A stretch of 64,000 nucleotides of DNA from Myxococcota bacterium. GTDB taxonomy: Bacteria; Myxococcota_A; UBA9160; SMWR01. The position numbers and the translations under genes are program-made. Below the pieces are notes generated by a model that did not search any database, was not told the origin of the DNA, and was given only the letters and a program-made list of their open reading frames with translations. The stretch lies in assembly GCA_036336695.1 (NCBI GenBank), contig JAYZFQ010000128.1, forward strand, positions 6,962-70,961, given 5' to 3'. Shown here piece after piece: positions 9,693-19,878 of this stretch (positions are counted from its first letter, which is position 1; each line of letters opens with the position of its first letter).

Positions 9693-12600
9693 GAGGATTT
9701 GCCTCGGAGCGCCCAGAGTGCGTGGGCGGCCCGCTCGGCGCCCTCTTTGCCCGCGTCGGCCTTGGCCCAGCGCCAGATCCGGTCCCGCGCACCCGCGTCG
9801 CCGTGGAGACACGCCTCGCGCACCTCGCAGCGTCCGCAATCGCGCGCGCCGTTCGAATCTTCCGCGTCGGGGAGCCGCGGGAAGAAGCTCCCGGCATCGA
9901 GCGCAGACAGGGCGACGCCAACCGTTTCCGCGAAGAGCCCCAGGAGTTCGCGGTCGGCGGCGGTGACCGAGACGACCGCGCTCTCGTCCGCCTCGGCGGC
10001 CAGGTAGAGGTAGCGCCCCTCCCCTCCCGTCGCGCCGGCGTAGGCGGCCGCCTGGAGCCTCTCTCCCCGCTCGATGGCACCGCCAAGCTTCTTTTGTTGC
10101 TGGACCCGGCCGGCCTTGTAATCGATGAGCCGCAGGCCGTCCGCACACGAGTCGGCCCGGTCCGCGCGGAAGCGAACCGGGCGCGAAGACCCGTCCGCGG
10201 TTGCCACCTCGACCGCGGCTTCCAGTTCCGCACCGATGCAGACCCGGTCGTTGGCGCCGTCGGGCCAGTCGTAGCGCCGCGCAGCGTTGACGAGGGGCCG
10301 GGCCAGTTCGACGATCACGCGCGAAAGACTGGGTGGGCCGAGCACCCCGCTGCGAACGCACTCGTCCGCCGCCTGGTGAAGCAGCGTTTCGAGAACCTCG
10401 GAGGCCGGCCAGGGCACGGCACCCGGCGCGGCATCGAGGGACCGCGCTCCTTCTGGCAGCGCCGCCTTCACGACTGCTTCGAGTACCCCGTGCACGACTT
10501 CGCCGACGACGCGAGAACCGATTTCCGGCAGGGCGTCCAGGGCATCCGGCGGTGGGGCGATTCCGAGGACCCGCTCGACGAAGTACTGCCACGGGCACCC
10601 CGCCAGGCGTTCGACATGGGTCACGTAGACCGGGTTGGCGCGCACGTCCGATGCCAGCCGCTGCGGGCCGACGAAACCGAAATAGGGACCGAGTTCCATG
10701 GAACCCGGTGCATTGGCCGTTTCCGCCAGCACCGCGACGCGGCCCGCGGCGACATCGCCGGGAGCGACCCCGGAATCGGGCCGTTCCGCCGCCGCGAGTT
10801 GCAGGAGTTCGCGAAAGCGCGCCGGCGCTCCGTAGAGCCCTTCGGCAAGCGCGGCTTCCCAGGCCGTTTGCGGCCGATCCGCGCTGCGCTCGGGCGGCGC
10901 CTGCAGGCCGGGCACCTCGGCGACCGGCAGCGCGACCTCCGAACCACTGAGTCGTTCCAGGAAGGGCGACGGCGCTCGGGTCCTGGCGTCATCGCCCGCC
11001 ACCTGCCAGCTCAGCGTCACGACGCGCGCGGCCGCCGTCAGCTGGGCGAAGAGATACCGCTCCTCCTCGTGGCCGCGCGCCTTGACCGGAATTTCCGGCA
11101 GGACGGCTTCGAGCGGACGCCGCACCGCGTCGGGAAGCAGCGGGTCCTCGAGAACCGGGCGCGGGAAGACATCGCGGTTGACGCCGAGAACGAAGAGTTG
11201 GTCGAATGTCTGTCCGCGCGCCTCGACCACGCTCAACACGCGGACGCCCCCGCCCGCGCCGCCCAGCGTCTCGGCTCCCGCGTCGCGCAGGGCAGTGCGC
11301 ACGAGCATCGAGAACTCGTCGAAGCTGAGCGGGAGATCCGGAAGTTGTGCGGCCAGGCCGGCCACCGCGGCTTCGAGGGCGTCCCGCTCGAACCCCGCCC
11401 GCCAGCCGAGGTCGCCGACGGCGAGGTCGCGCAGTTCGTCGAGGTGGCGCGAGAGCGGCGCCGTGGCGGGCCAGCCCAGGAGCCGCCGATGGGCCCGGCC
11501 GGCGCGTGCCACGGCCGCCCGAAGCCGGCGACCGGACAACCGGCGGCGCAGCACGCGAGCCCCGACTTCCCCGTCCCCGCGCTGCGCGTCGACCGCCAGG
11601 CCCACCCGGGCCGGGAGGGCATAACTGCCCGAGCCTTCCCCGACGTATTCCGCCGGGTCGAGCCCCGCAACCTGGCCGAGACGCGCGGCGCCCAGGGCGC
11701 GGAAACCGAGGCGCAGATCGGCGCGGACCCCGGGACCGAGGCGCGGCAGCGTATCGAGCCACCGGTCCGCCGGGGCGGCGTCTCGTCCGGCCAGGAGATC
11801 GAATAAGGCGTGAATTCGGCGCGCGCGACCGCCCGCCGGCCCGAGTTGTCCACGGGCCGAGAATGGAATGCCGAGGCGCGTGAAATGCGTGCGCAGGGAC
11901 ACCGCGTAGGGAGCCAGCTGGCGTGCGACGACGGCAATTTCCTCGGGAATGGCTCCGGCTTCCAATGCGGCGTGGATGCGGTCCGCCACGCCCCGCACCT
12001 CGGCTTCCGTACCGGCCGCACGCAGACTCCGCAGCTCGGGCTCCCCGCGCCCCGCCCGTTGCACCGGCCCCGCCCACGCGACGCCGAGACGGCGGACGAG
12101 GCGATCCGCGAACACCGCGCCGAGATCGTTTCGCTCGGGGCGCGCCGGGTCGGGGGGAAGATCGACGATCGCCCGAGCGCCGCAGTGGGCGACCAGCGCG
12201 GCCAGGAGTTCACTCGCAGCGCCCGTGGCGTCGGCGAAGCCATGGACCCAGATGCCCCGCGCCGACAAAAGCGCCGGGCGCTCCCCGAGCAACTCGGCCG
12301 CACGGGCCAGCCGCGCGCCCGGACGCCCGATGCCGAGTTCGGCCAAAGCGCCGGCCGTCCCGGCCGCCGCTGCGACCACCGCGCTGGCGCAGCCGTGGGC
12401 CGAACCGGAAAGGCCCGCTTCGGCGAGGGCCTGTTCCATGGCATCGAGGTGGGCCGGGATGGACGGGTCGAAGCCCGCGTCGAGGAGGTCCGCGACCGCG
12501 GCGGCCACGGCGCCATAGCCGTCGTCGAGCGCGTCCAACAACTCGCGCAGCTGCGGCTGTTCCCGCGCCGCGCGACGCACCAGGACCGGAAACAGCGCGT

Positions 12601-12892
12601 CGGCGCGGCGGGGCGGCTCGCCGGCTCGGTCCAGGCTTTCGAGGGCCAGACCGTGGAGCGTCTGGAACATGAAGCCGGCCACGGGATGCCCGCACCGCGC
12701 GGCGAAGCGCGCCGCCACGTGTTCGCGGAGGCTGGAGGAGGGAACCACGACCCGCACCGGTCGTGCCAGGAGCTCGGGATCGGCCCTGCCCTCGGCCTCC
12801 AACGCAACCAGCGCACCGAGCAGCGCCTCCTCGGCGGCACGCGGTCCACTCGCCAGCATCACCGGTCCGGCAGCCGGACTCTGCTCGCCCAC
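9689..12892 (-). CDS. addB: AddB-type PD-(D/E)xK nuclease subunit with Fe-S staple
   Basis: 1067-aa ORF with the nuclease motif RLIDYKAG, an upstream Cys (LAGCPWQYF) and a C-terminal CGRCEVREAC (Cx2Cx5C). No Walker A at the N-terminus. Confidence 0.8.
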   Translation of the reverse strand: MGEQSPAAGPVMLASGPRAAEEALLGALVALEAEGRADPELLARPVRVVVPSSSLREHVAARFAARCGHPVAGFMFQTLHGLALESLDRAGEPPRRADALFPVLVRRAAREQPQLRELLDALDDGYGAVAAAVADLLDAGFDPSIPAHLDAMEQALAEAGLSGSAHGCASAVVAAAAGTAGALAELGIGRPGARLARAAELLGERPALLSARGIWVHGFADATGAASELLAALVAHCGARAIVDLPPDPARPERNDLGAVFADRLVRRLGVAWAGPVQRAGRGEPELRSLRAAGTEAEVRGVADRIHAALEAGAIPEEIAVVARQLAPYAVSLRTHFTRLGIPFSARGQLGPAGGRARRIHALFDLLAGRDAAPADRWLDTLPRLGPGVRADLRLGFRALGAARLGQVAGLDPAEYVGEGSGSYALPARVGLAVDAQRGDGEVGARVLRRRLSGRRLRAAVARAGRAHRRLLGWPATAPLSRHLDELRDLAVGDLGWRAGFERDALEAAVAGLAAQLPDLPLSFDEFSMLVRTALRDAGAETLGGAGGGVRVLSVVEARGQTFDQLFVLGVNRDVFPRPVLEDPLLPDAVRRPLEAVLPEIPVKARGHEEERYLFAQLTAAARVVTLSWQVAGDDARTRAPSPFLERLSGSEVALPVAEVPGLQAPPERSADRPQTAWEAALAEGLYGAPARFRELLQLAAAERPDSGVAPGDVAAGRVAVLAETANAPGSMELGPYFGFVGPQRLASDVRANPVYVTHVERLAGCPWQYFVERVLGIAPPPDALDALPEIGSRVVGEVVHGVLEAVVKAALPEGARSLDAAPGAVPWPASEVLETLLHQAADECVRSGVLGPPSLSRVIVELARPLVNAARRYDWPDGANDRVCIGAELEAAVEVATADGSSRPVRFRADRADSCADGLRLIDYKAGRVQQQKKLGGAIERGERLQAAAYAGATGGEGRYLYLAAEADESAVVSVTAADRELLGLFAETVGVALSALDAGSFFPRLPDAEDSNGARDCGRCEVREACLHGDAGARDRIWRWAKADAGKEGAERAAHALWALRGKSS

Positions 12893-13033
12893 GGTCGTTC
12901 CCCGCCCCCCCAGCCAGTCCTTTTTCCCTTGCGCCGCGACAGCTTACCAGCGGCCGGCACGCCAGGGGGAACCTGCTCCAGGAACCGGTCAGGGTCGGTC
13001 ACACCTCCCCGCGGGGCATTTTTAAACGAAAAT

Positions 13034-13053
13034 GACTTTGAATTTCAATTCCT
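13034..13053 (+). promoter_or_regulatory. AT-rich candidate operator upstream of bfd (copy 1 of a shared motif)
   Basis: GACTTTGAATTTCAATTCCT contains the perfect palindrome TTGAA-T-TTCAA. It matches 13328..13347 at 15 of 20 positions. It overlaps a candidate sigma70-like promoter TTGAAT-N16-TACACT (13038..13065). Confidence 0.45.
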
Positions 13054-13090
13054 CTCTCGTACACTGGCAAAGTCAGCAGGAGGCGCAGCC

Positions 13091-13297
13091 ATGCTGGTTT
13101 GCCAGTGCAAGGGTGTTTCGGACCAGACCGTGCGAGAAGTCGTACGTGCTGGCGCACACTCTTGCCGCCAGGTCGCGCGCGCCTGCGGGGCGGGCCGCAC
13201 CTGCGGCGGCTGTCAGCCCGCCGTCCGCCAGATCATCGAAGACGAATGCGATCCGGTCGCCCTGCGCGTCGAGAAGATCGTCGTCGCAGCGAGCTGA
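13091..13297 (+). CDS. bfd: bacterioferritin-associated ferredoxin ([2Fe-2S] BFD-like)
   Basis: 68 aa: MLVCQCKGVS...CGAGRTCGGC. This is the typical four-Cys Bfd pattern. AGGAGG Shine-Dalgarno sequence upstream. Confidence 0.9.
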   Translation: MLVCQCKGVSDQTVREVVRAGAHSCRQVARACGAGRTCGGCQPAVRQIIEDECDPVALRVEKIVVAAS

Positions 13298-13327
13298 TCG
13301 CCGGCTGCACCCGCCTTCCGCGAACGA

Positions 13328-13347
13328 GACTTCGACATTCAATTTCG
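13328..13347 (+). promoter_or_regulatory. AT-rich candidate operator upstream of bfr (copy 2 of a shared motif)
   Basis: GACTTCGACATTCAATTTCG shares the GACTT and TTCAATT blocks with the bfd-proximal copy. It lies 64 nt upstream of the bfr ATG. Confidence 0.4.
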
Positions 13348-13410
13348 TTTCATTGGCCGCCTCTGCGCGCCTGCCGATACGCTCCGGGTGACAACCGGGA
13401 GGAGACACAG

Positions 13411-13881
13411 ATGCGGGGAGATGCACAGATCATCGAAGCACTCAACGACGTACTGACGGCCGAACTCACGGCGATCAACCAGTACTTCATCCATCACAAG
13501 ATGTGCGCGAACTGGGGCTACGCGCGTCTGTCCAAGAAGAAGCGAGAAGAATCGATCGACGAGATGAAGGACGCCGACGCGGTGATCGAACGCATCCTCT
13601 ACCTCGAGGGCGTGCCGAACATGCAGCGCATGAACCCGGTGCGCGTGGGCGAGAGCCCCATCGAACAGCACCAGCTGGACCTCGCCGCCGAGACCGACGC
13701 CATCCAGCGACTCAACACCGCAATCGCGCTCTGCCGGGACCAGGGCGACAACGGCACCCGCGAGCTGCTCGAGGGGATCCTCGAGGGCGAGGAGGAGAGC
13801 GCCGACTGGCTCGAGGCCCAGCTGCACCTGGTGGACGAGGTCGGCAAGGAGAACTATCTCTCCGAGATGATCAACGAGTGA
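13411..13881 (+). CDS. bfr: bacterioferritin (heme Met52 present, ferroxidase His54 and His130 substituted)
   Basis: 156 aa, collinear with E. coli Bfr: MRGDAQIIEALNDVLTAELTAINQYF...EESIDEMKDAD...EEESADWLE. GGGAGGAG Shine-Dalgarno sequence upstream. Confidence 0.93.
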   Translation: MRGDAQIIEALNDVLTAELTAINQYFIHHKMCANWGYARLSKKKREESIDEMKDADAVIERILYLEGVPNMQRMNPVRVGESPIEQHQLDLAAETDAIQRLNTAIALCRDQGDNGTRELLEGILEGEEESADWLEAQLHLVDEVGKENYLSEMINE

Positions 13882-13888
13882 GGTAACC

Positions 13889-14463
13889 GTGTCTCCCGAC
13901 GACCCCCGTGTGCTCCGGGACCGAGGAAAGGCCCTCGAGGACGAGTTCTTTCGCCGCCAGAGCGAGGATCATCGCGCCAAGCTCCGCGAACAGGAGACCC
14001 TCGGCCAGCGCCGAGAGGCGCTCAAACACGTGGCGGTCATCACGGACGACGCCACGATCGACCGCATCCTCGACCTCGGGATCACCGCCGAGACCTGGGC
14101 CGCCGTTTCATTGGTTCCCCTGGTCGAGGTGGCCTGGGCCAACGGACAGGTCGAGGAGCAGGAACGCCGCTCGGTGCTGGCCGCCGCCGAAGCCAACGGC
14201 GTCACGCCGGGCAGTCCGAGCTACGCGTTGCTCGACAGCTGGCTCGCCCACCGCCCCGACGGGCGCTTGATGGGCACCTGGGCCGCCTACATCGCCATGC
14301 TGAGCGCCGAGCTCTCGCCCGCCGAGAAGCACGCGCTCCGCGACGAACTGATGAGCCGGGCGCGCCACGTCGCCGAGGCCGCCGGCGGGTTCCTCGGCCT
14401 GGGCAACAAGGTGTCGGCCGAGGAAAAGGTGATCCTCGAGGAGCTCGGGAAGGCCTTCGACGC

Positions 14464-14467
<4 letters not shown>
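13889..14467 (+). CDS. TerB-like (tellurite-resistance TerB family) domain protein
   Basis: 192-aa ORF with a GTG start 7 nt after the bfr stop. Its GAGG Shine-Dalgarno sequence overlaps the bfr TGA. It has the TerB-type motif VAWANGQVEEQERRSVL. Confidence 0.6.
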
Positions 14468-15741
<1,274 letters not shown>

Positions 15742-15808
15742 GGGGTCTCCCGAACTCGATGGTCCAGAATAGGACACCGCGAGGGGGCCCTGGGGTCGGC
15801 GCCCGCAG

Positions 15809-16501
15809 CTACTCCACGGTCACCCGCGCGCTCTCGATGACGAGCGACTCGGTCGGCCGACCGCTGCGCGTTCCCCGCGCCTCGAGTTCCTTCAAGGTGC
15901 CCTTGCCCTCGACCACCTCGCCGAACAGGGTGTGCTTGCCGTCCAGCCAGGGTGTCGCCACGAAGGTCAGGAAGAACTGGCTGCCGTCGGTTCCGGGACC
16001 GGCGTTGGCCATGCTCAACAGGCCTCCCTTGTCGTGCTTCGCGCTCGGGTCGAATTCACCCGCGTACTGGTAACCGGGCCCCCCCGTGCCGCGACCGAGG
16101 GGATCGCCGCCCTGGGCCATGAAGCCGGGAATCACGCGGTGAAACGCAATCCCATCGTAGAACCCGAGACGCGTCAGGTAGAGCGTGCTCGAGACGTGCA
16201 TCGGCGCGACCTTGGGATCGAGCTTGATCTTCATCGCTCCCTTGTTGGTATCGAGATACCAGTAATAGGTCTTGTCCGCGTCGAAGGTCAGCTTGGGCGG
16301 CTTCGGGAGCCGGGTCTTCCAGCCCGGGGAAGACTTGTCGATGTCCTGCTCCGCGATGAATGCGTCGATGGCTTCGATGGCCACGTCTTTCTTCCCCTTG
16401 GTGGCCTGCGACGAGGCCTTGTCACTCGCAGCCGCCGGCACCGCGAACACCGCGATGGCGGCCAGCGTGGAGAGTGTGGATGTGAGCGCGTGAAAAAGCA
16501 T
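15809..16501 (-). CDS. secreted cyclophilin-type peptidyl-prolyl cis-trans isomerase
   Basis: FHRVIPGFMAQGGDP, SMANAGPGTDGSQFFLT and LDGKHTLFGEVVEG. There is a signal peptide from M17 (MLFHALTSTLSTLAAIAVFAVPAAA). Confidence 0.88.
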   Translation of the reverse strand: MLFHALTSTLSTLAAIAVFAVPAAASDKASSQATKGKKDVAIEAIDAFIAEQDIDKSSPGWKTRLPKPPKLTFDADKTYYWYLDTNKGAMKIKLDPKVAPMHVSSTLYLTRLGFYDGIAFHRVIPGFMAQGGDPLGRGTGGPGYQYAGEFDPSAKHDKGGLLSMANAGPGTDGSQFFLTFVATPWLDGKHTLFGEVVEGKGTLKELEARGTRSGRPTESLVIESARVTVE

Positions 16502-16538
16502 GAAAATACCCGTGTGCGAAAATGAGGCCGAGAGACTA

Positions 16539-16994
16539 ATGCAGGCCACGTATTTTGCCTATGGCTCCAACCTGCTCACGAGCCGTCTGCAGGGTCGGGT
16601 CCCGTCGGCCCGGCCCGACGGCCCGGCCCGGCTCGGAGACCACCGGCTCACCACGGACAAGCGCGGGCGGGACGGCACCGGCAAGGCCAACCTCCGGCAC
16701 GCACCGGGGCAGTTCGTCTGGGGTGTGCTCTGGTCTCTTGACCGTGAAGACTGGGCGCGACTCGATGCCGTGGAAGGCGACTACCGGCGTATCGCGGTTT
16801 GCGTGGAGAACGCAGCGGGAGAACGGGTCCAGACGCAAACCTACCGCTCCGACCGGCTCACGGACGATCCGGTCCTCGCCCCGGCGTACAAGCGCTGCAT
16901 GGTCGACGGCGCCCGGGAACACGGCCTGCCGGAAGCCTGGGTCCGCCTCCTCGAGGCGCTTCCCGAGCGGCAGCGTGACACGCCGGCTTCCTGA
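16539..16994 (+). CDS. gamma-glutamylcyclotransferase (AIG2/GGACT-like) family protein
   Basis: N-terminus is YFAYGSNL. Start is taken at M14 because the first 13 codons are AT-rich and atypical for this genome. Confidence 0.75.
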   Translation: MQATYFAYGSNLLTSRLQGRVPSARPDGPARLGDHRLTTDKRGRDGTGKANLRHAPGQFVWGVLWSLDREDWARLDAVEGDYRRIAVCVENAAGERVQTQTYRSDRLTDDPVLAPAYKRCMVDGAREHGLPEAWVRLLEALPERQRDTPAS

Positions 16995-17054
16995 GCCGGC
17001 GGGACGCGCCATCCCCGGCCAAACGAGGTTTGCGGCTGCGACAAATATTGCTGC

Positions 17055-17077
17055 CCGGGCGCCGCGCCGGCGCCCGG
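17055..17077 (-). terminator. GC hairpin between convergent genes (candidate intrinsic terminator)
   Basis: CCGGGCGCC-GCGCC-GGCGCCCGG forms a 9-bp perfect stem. On the minus strand it is followed by CAATATTTGT. Confidence 0.35.
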
Positions 17078-17084
17078 CCTGGAC

Positions 17085-18239
17085 TCAGGGCGAGAGACGA
17101 CGCGCGAGCGCCTCGGCGGCGCGCGCGACGTCGGCGGGCGGCGCCGCGGTGAAACACAGCCGCACCCAGTCCGCGTAGTCGCGACCGCAGGACGGACCGG
17201 GCGCGAGCGCAACGCCATCCTCGACGCAATCCGCGAGAAAACCCCAGATCCCCCGGGCGTCGAGCCGCGCCCCGACGTCGAGGAACAGGAAGGTCCCGCC
17301 CTCCGGCGCCGGCAGGCCGAGCGCGGCGGCGGTCGCGTCTCCCACCGCGCGGTACGTCTCCCGCGCTTCGGCCAGCCAGCTCGCACCGTCGCGCAACGCG
17401 CGGAGCGCAGCGAGTTGCCCCGCGGTGGGCGCGGCGTAGAAGGTATGGGTCGACACCTTGCGCGCTCCGGCCACGGCCTCGGCCGGGCCCACCAGGTATC
17501 CCACCCGGTTCCCGGCCATCCCGTAGGCCTTGGAGAAGGAGAACACCGTGAGCGAGCGCTCCGGTGCCGCGGTGGCGATCGAGAAGTGCTCCCCGCGGTA
17601 GACCACTTCTTCGTACACCTCGTCGGACACGAGCCACAGGTTCTCCTCCCGGGCCAGTTCCGCGAGGGCCTCGAGCCAGGCCCGGGGCAGGACACGGCCC
17701 GTCGGGTTCGACGGACTCGATACGTAGAGCGCCACGCTCCGCTCGGTCAGGCGAGCGCGCACCGCCGCGACGACCGACTCCACGGAATCGACGCGGTCGT
17801 AGAAGGGAACCTCGACCGGCACCGCGCGAAAGGCCTGGACGATGCCCCGGATGAGCGGCCAGAACGGCGCGAGGATGAGCACCTCTTCCCCGGGCGCAGC
17901 GAGCATGCCGACAGCCGAACCGAGGGCGCCCGTGGCCCCGGCGGCGACCAGCACCTGGTCCCGTTCGCAGGCGATTGCGTTCTTCCCCCGCACCTTGTCG
18001 ACGATGGCATCGATCAACGGCGGCAAGCCCTGGGTCTCGCTGTAGCGATGCATCCCCGGGTGCTCGGCAACCCGCAACGATTCCATGCGCCCCCCCTCGA
18101 ACGGCTCCAACCAGGTGTCCCCGACATGCAACGGAACGATGTCCCGCGACCCGGACTCGAGTTGCCGCTGAACCGGCGAGAACACCGCACCGGGCATTTC
18201 GGCAACCGCAGGCGCACACTCGGGCGGGCGCGGGGACAT
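17085..18239 (-). CDS. pyridoxal-phosphate-dependent aminotransferase, class I/II
   Basis: Part of ORF 17085..18728 from MSPRPPE. It has SSPSNPTG and the PLP-lysine context SFSKAYGMAGNRVGY. Its start overlaps the upstream stop (TGATG). Confidence 0.88.
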   Translation of the reverse strand: MSPRPPECAPAVAEMPGAVFSPVQRQLESGSRDIVPLHVGDTWLEPFEGGRMESLRVAEHPGMHRYSETQGLPPLIDAIVDKVRGKNAIACERDQVLVAAGATGALGSAVGMLAAPGEEVLILAPFWPLIRGIVQAFRAVPVEVPFYDRVDSVESVVAAVRARLTERSVALYVSSPSNPTGRVLPRAWLEALAELAREENLWLVSDEVYEEVVYRGEHFSIATAAPERSLTVFSFSKAYGMAGNRVGYLVGPAEAVAGARKVSTHTFYAAPTAGQLAALRALRDGASWLAEARETYRAVGDATAAALGLPAPEGGTFLFLDVGARLDARGIWGFLADCVEDGVALAPGPSCGRDYADWVRLCFTAAPPADVARAAEALARRLSP

Positions 18240-19078
18240 CAGGCTTCCTCGGAGAGCACGCTCTGGTAGCCCTCGCGAAACGTCGGATAACGGAACTCGA
18301 AGCCAGTGGCCACGAGGCGCGCACTGCTGCAGCGTTTGCTCCCCCGCCGCGCCGGGCCGTCGTCCGGTACCGCTCGCCGCGGTGTCGGTGCCCCCAGGGC
18401 ACCCGCCAGCCAGTTCTGGACCACGTCTTCCGCCGCGGGCTCGGTGTCCACCGCGACGTAGCAGTCGTCGACGTCTTCCCGGGCGATCAGGTGCGCGATG
18501 GCGCCGACGCAGTCGTCTCGATGGATGCGGTTGGTGTAGTGGCCGGGCCGATAGCTCGCGGCACCGGTGCGCACCCGCTCCACCAGGCCGGTCCGACGCG
18601 GACCGTAGATCCCGCCGAATCGCAACGCGGTCGTGGGAAACGGAGCACGCGCCAGGCAGGCTTCTCCTTCGAGCAAACGCTTGCCCGAGAAGTGCGTGGG
18701 CTCCGTGACCGACGCTTCGTCCACCCACTCTCCACGACGTTGCCCATATACCGCCGTGCTCGAGGCGAAGAAGACGCGACGGGGGCGCTCACCCGTCTCT
18801 CCCAGCGCCGCCAACAGATTCGACAGGCCGTCCACGTAGGCAGCCCGGTAGAACGCGTCGTCGGAACCTCGCGGCGAAACCAGGTACACGACGAAATCCA
18901 GAACGCCGGGCAGACGCCGCAGCTCCGCGGGCACGCCGAGATCCGCTTCGACCGGCTGCACACCTGCCGGGACCGCGGCAAAACTGCGCCGCAGTCCCCA
19001 GACCTCGTGACCGTCGGCCGCGAGCCGTTCACCCAGCGCGCTTCCGACGTAACCACATCCGGCGATGAGCGTGCGCAC
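18239..19078 (-). CDS. NAD-dependent epimerase/dehydratase (extended SDR)
   Basis: Rossmann motif LIAGCGYVG lies immediately after the GTG at 19078. The longer ORF (to 19189) would overlap the divergent gene. Confidence 0.75.
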   Translation of the reverse strand: MRTLIAGCGYVGSALGERLAADGHEVWGLRRSFAAVPAGVQPVEADLGVPAELRRLPGVLDFVVYLVSPRGSDDAFYRAAYVDGLSNLLAALGETGERPRRVFFASSTAVYGQRRGEWVDEASVTEPTHFSGKRLLEGEACLARAPFPTTALRFGGIYGPRRTGLVERVRTGAASYRPGHYTNRIHRDDCVGAIAHLIAREDVDDCYVAVDTEPAAEDVVQNWLAGALGAPTPRRAVPDDGPARRGSKRCSSARLVATGFEFRYPTFREGYQSVLSEEA

Positions 19079-19124
19079 CCGACCCTCCCATCGGCGAAGA
19101 CGGGGGGAGGGTATACTGGCCGCA

Positions 19125-19817
19125 ATGCCGCCGCTCATCGGGATTCCCCCCTGCCTCGATGCGCGCGGACGCTGGAAACCGGGCCGCACCTACCAGTACA
19201 TCGACACCGCCTACGCGGCCGCGCTGGCCGAAGCCGGCGCCCTTCCGGTCCACCTGGCCCTCGGGGCCGATCCCGTTGCCCTCGTCTCCCGCCTCGACGG
19301 TCTGTTGATCCCGGGCGGCGACGACTTCGCGCCGCCGCAACCGCTTCCCCCGAGCATCGCCCTCGACCCGGTACCCGAGGCGCAACTCGCCGCCGACTCG
19401 GCGGTGCTCGCAGCGGCCCTGGCGCGCGAACTTCCCGTCCTCGGGATCTGCTACGGCATGCAATTGCTGGCGCTCGCCCACGGCGGAAGCCTGCATTACC
19501 ACCTCCCGAGCGATGTGCCCGAGGCCCGGTGCCACCGCCCCGAGGATCCCGACGCGCGACACCCGGTTCGCGTCGCGCCGGGAACACGCCTGGCGGAATG
19601 TCTCGGCACGGATGCCTGCGACGTGAACAGCCGGCACCACCAGGGCGTGGCAGACCCGGGACGCCTCCGGGTGAGCGCCACAGCCGACGACGGCGTGGTG
19701 GAGGGCGTCGAGGCCCAGGAACACCCCTTCTGCGTCGGGGTCCAGTGGCACCCGGAAACCCTCGATCGCGACCACCGCGCGCGACTGTTCGGAAGCTTCG
19801 TCGCCGCCTGCGCCTAG
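19125..19817 (+). CDS. gamma-glutamyl-gamma-aminobutyrate hydrolase family peptidase C26 (class I glutamine amidotransferase-like)
   Basis: Catalytic Cys in LGICYGMQLL and His in VQWHPE. Start is taken at M21 (MPPLIGIPPC). Confidence 0.8.
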   Translation: MPPLIGIPPCLDARGRWKPGRTYQYIDTAYAAALAEAGALPVHLALGADPVALVSRLDGLLIPGGDDFAPPQPLPPSIALDPVPEAQLAADSAVLAAALARELPVLGICYGMQLLALAHGGSLHYHLPSDVPEARCHRPEDPDARHPVRVAPGTRLAECLGTDACDVNSRHHQGVADPGRLRVSATADDGVVEGVEAQEHPFCVGVQWHPETLDRDHRARLFGSFVAACA

Positions 19818-19878
19818 GCGCCCGGCGACACTGGATCGCGAAGACCGTTCCCGGCTGCCTGCAGTCGAAACCCGCGGC

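Noticed and set aside
4713-10007. 1764-aa ORF on the plus strand, the longest in the track
   Set aside because: It lies antisense to the aldehyde dehydrogenase and addA genes, which both have unambiguous family motifs. Its product is an Arg/Gly/Pro/Ala-rich string with no motif. This is a typical stop-poor shadow frame in GC-rich DNA.
6087-12892. The helicase-nuclease pair as an anti-phage defence system
   Set aside because: The motif set and Fe-S staple are those of the housekeeping AddAB recombination-repair complex. The neighbours are core genes, and there are no methylase, ATPase or toxin partners.
16499-16502. Overlapping divergent ATG codons of the PPIase gene and ORF 16500..16994
   Set aside because: The first 13 codons of the plus-strand ORF are AT-rich and atypical for this genome. 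The GGCT-family N-terminus YFAYGSNL follows M14, so the plus-strand gene most likely starts at 16539.
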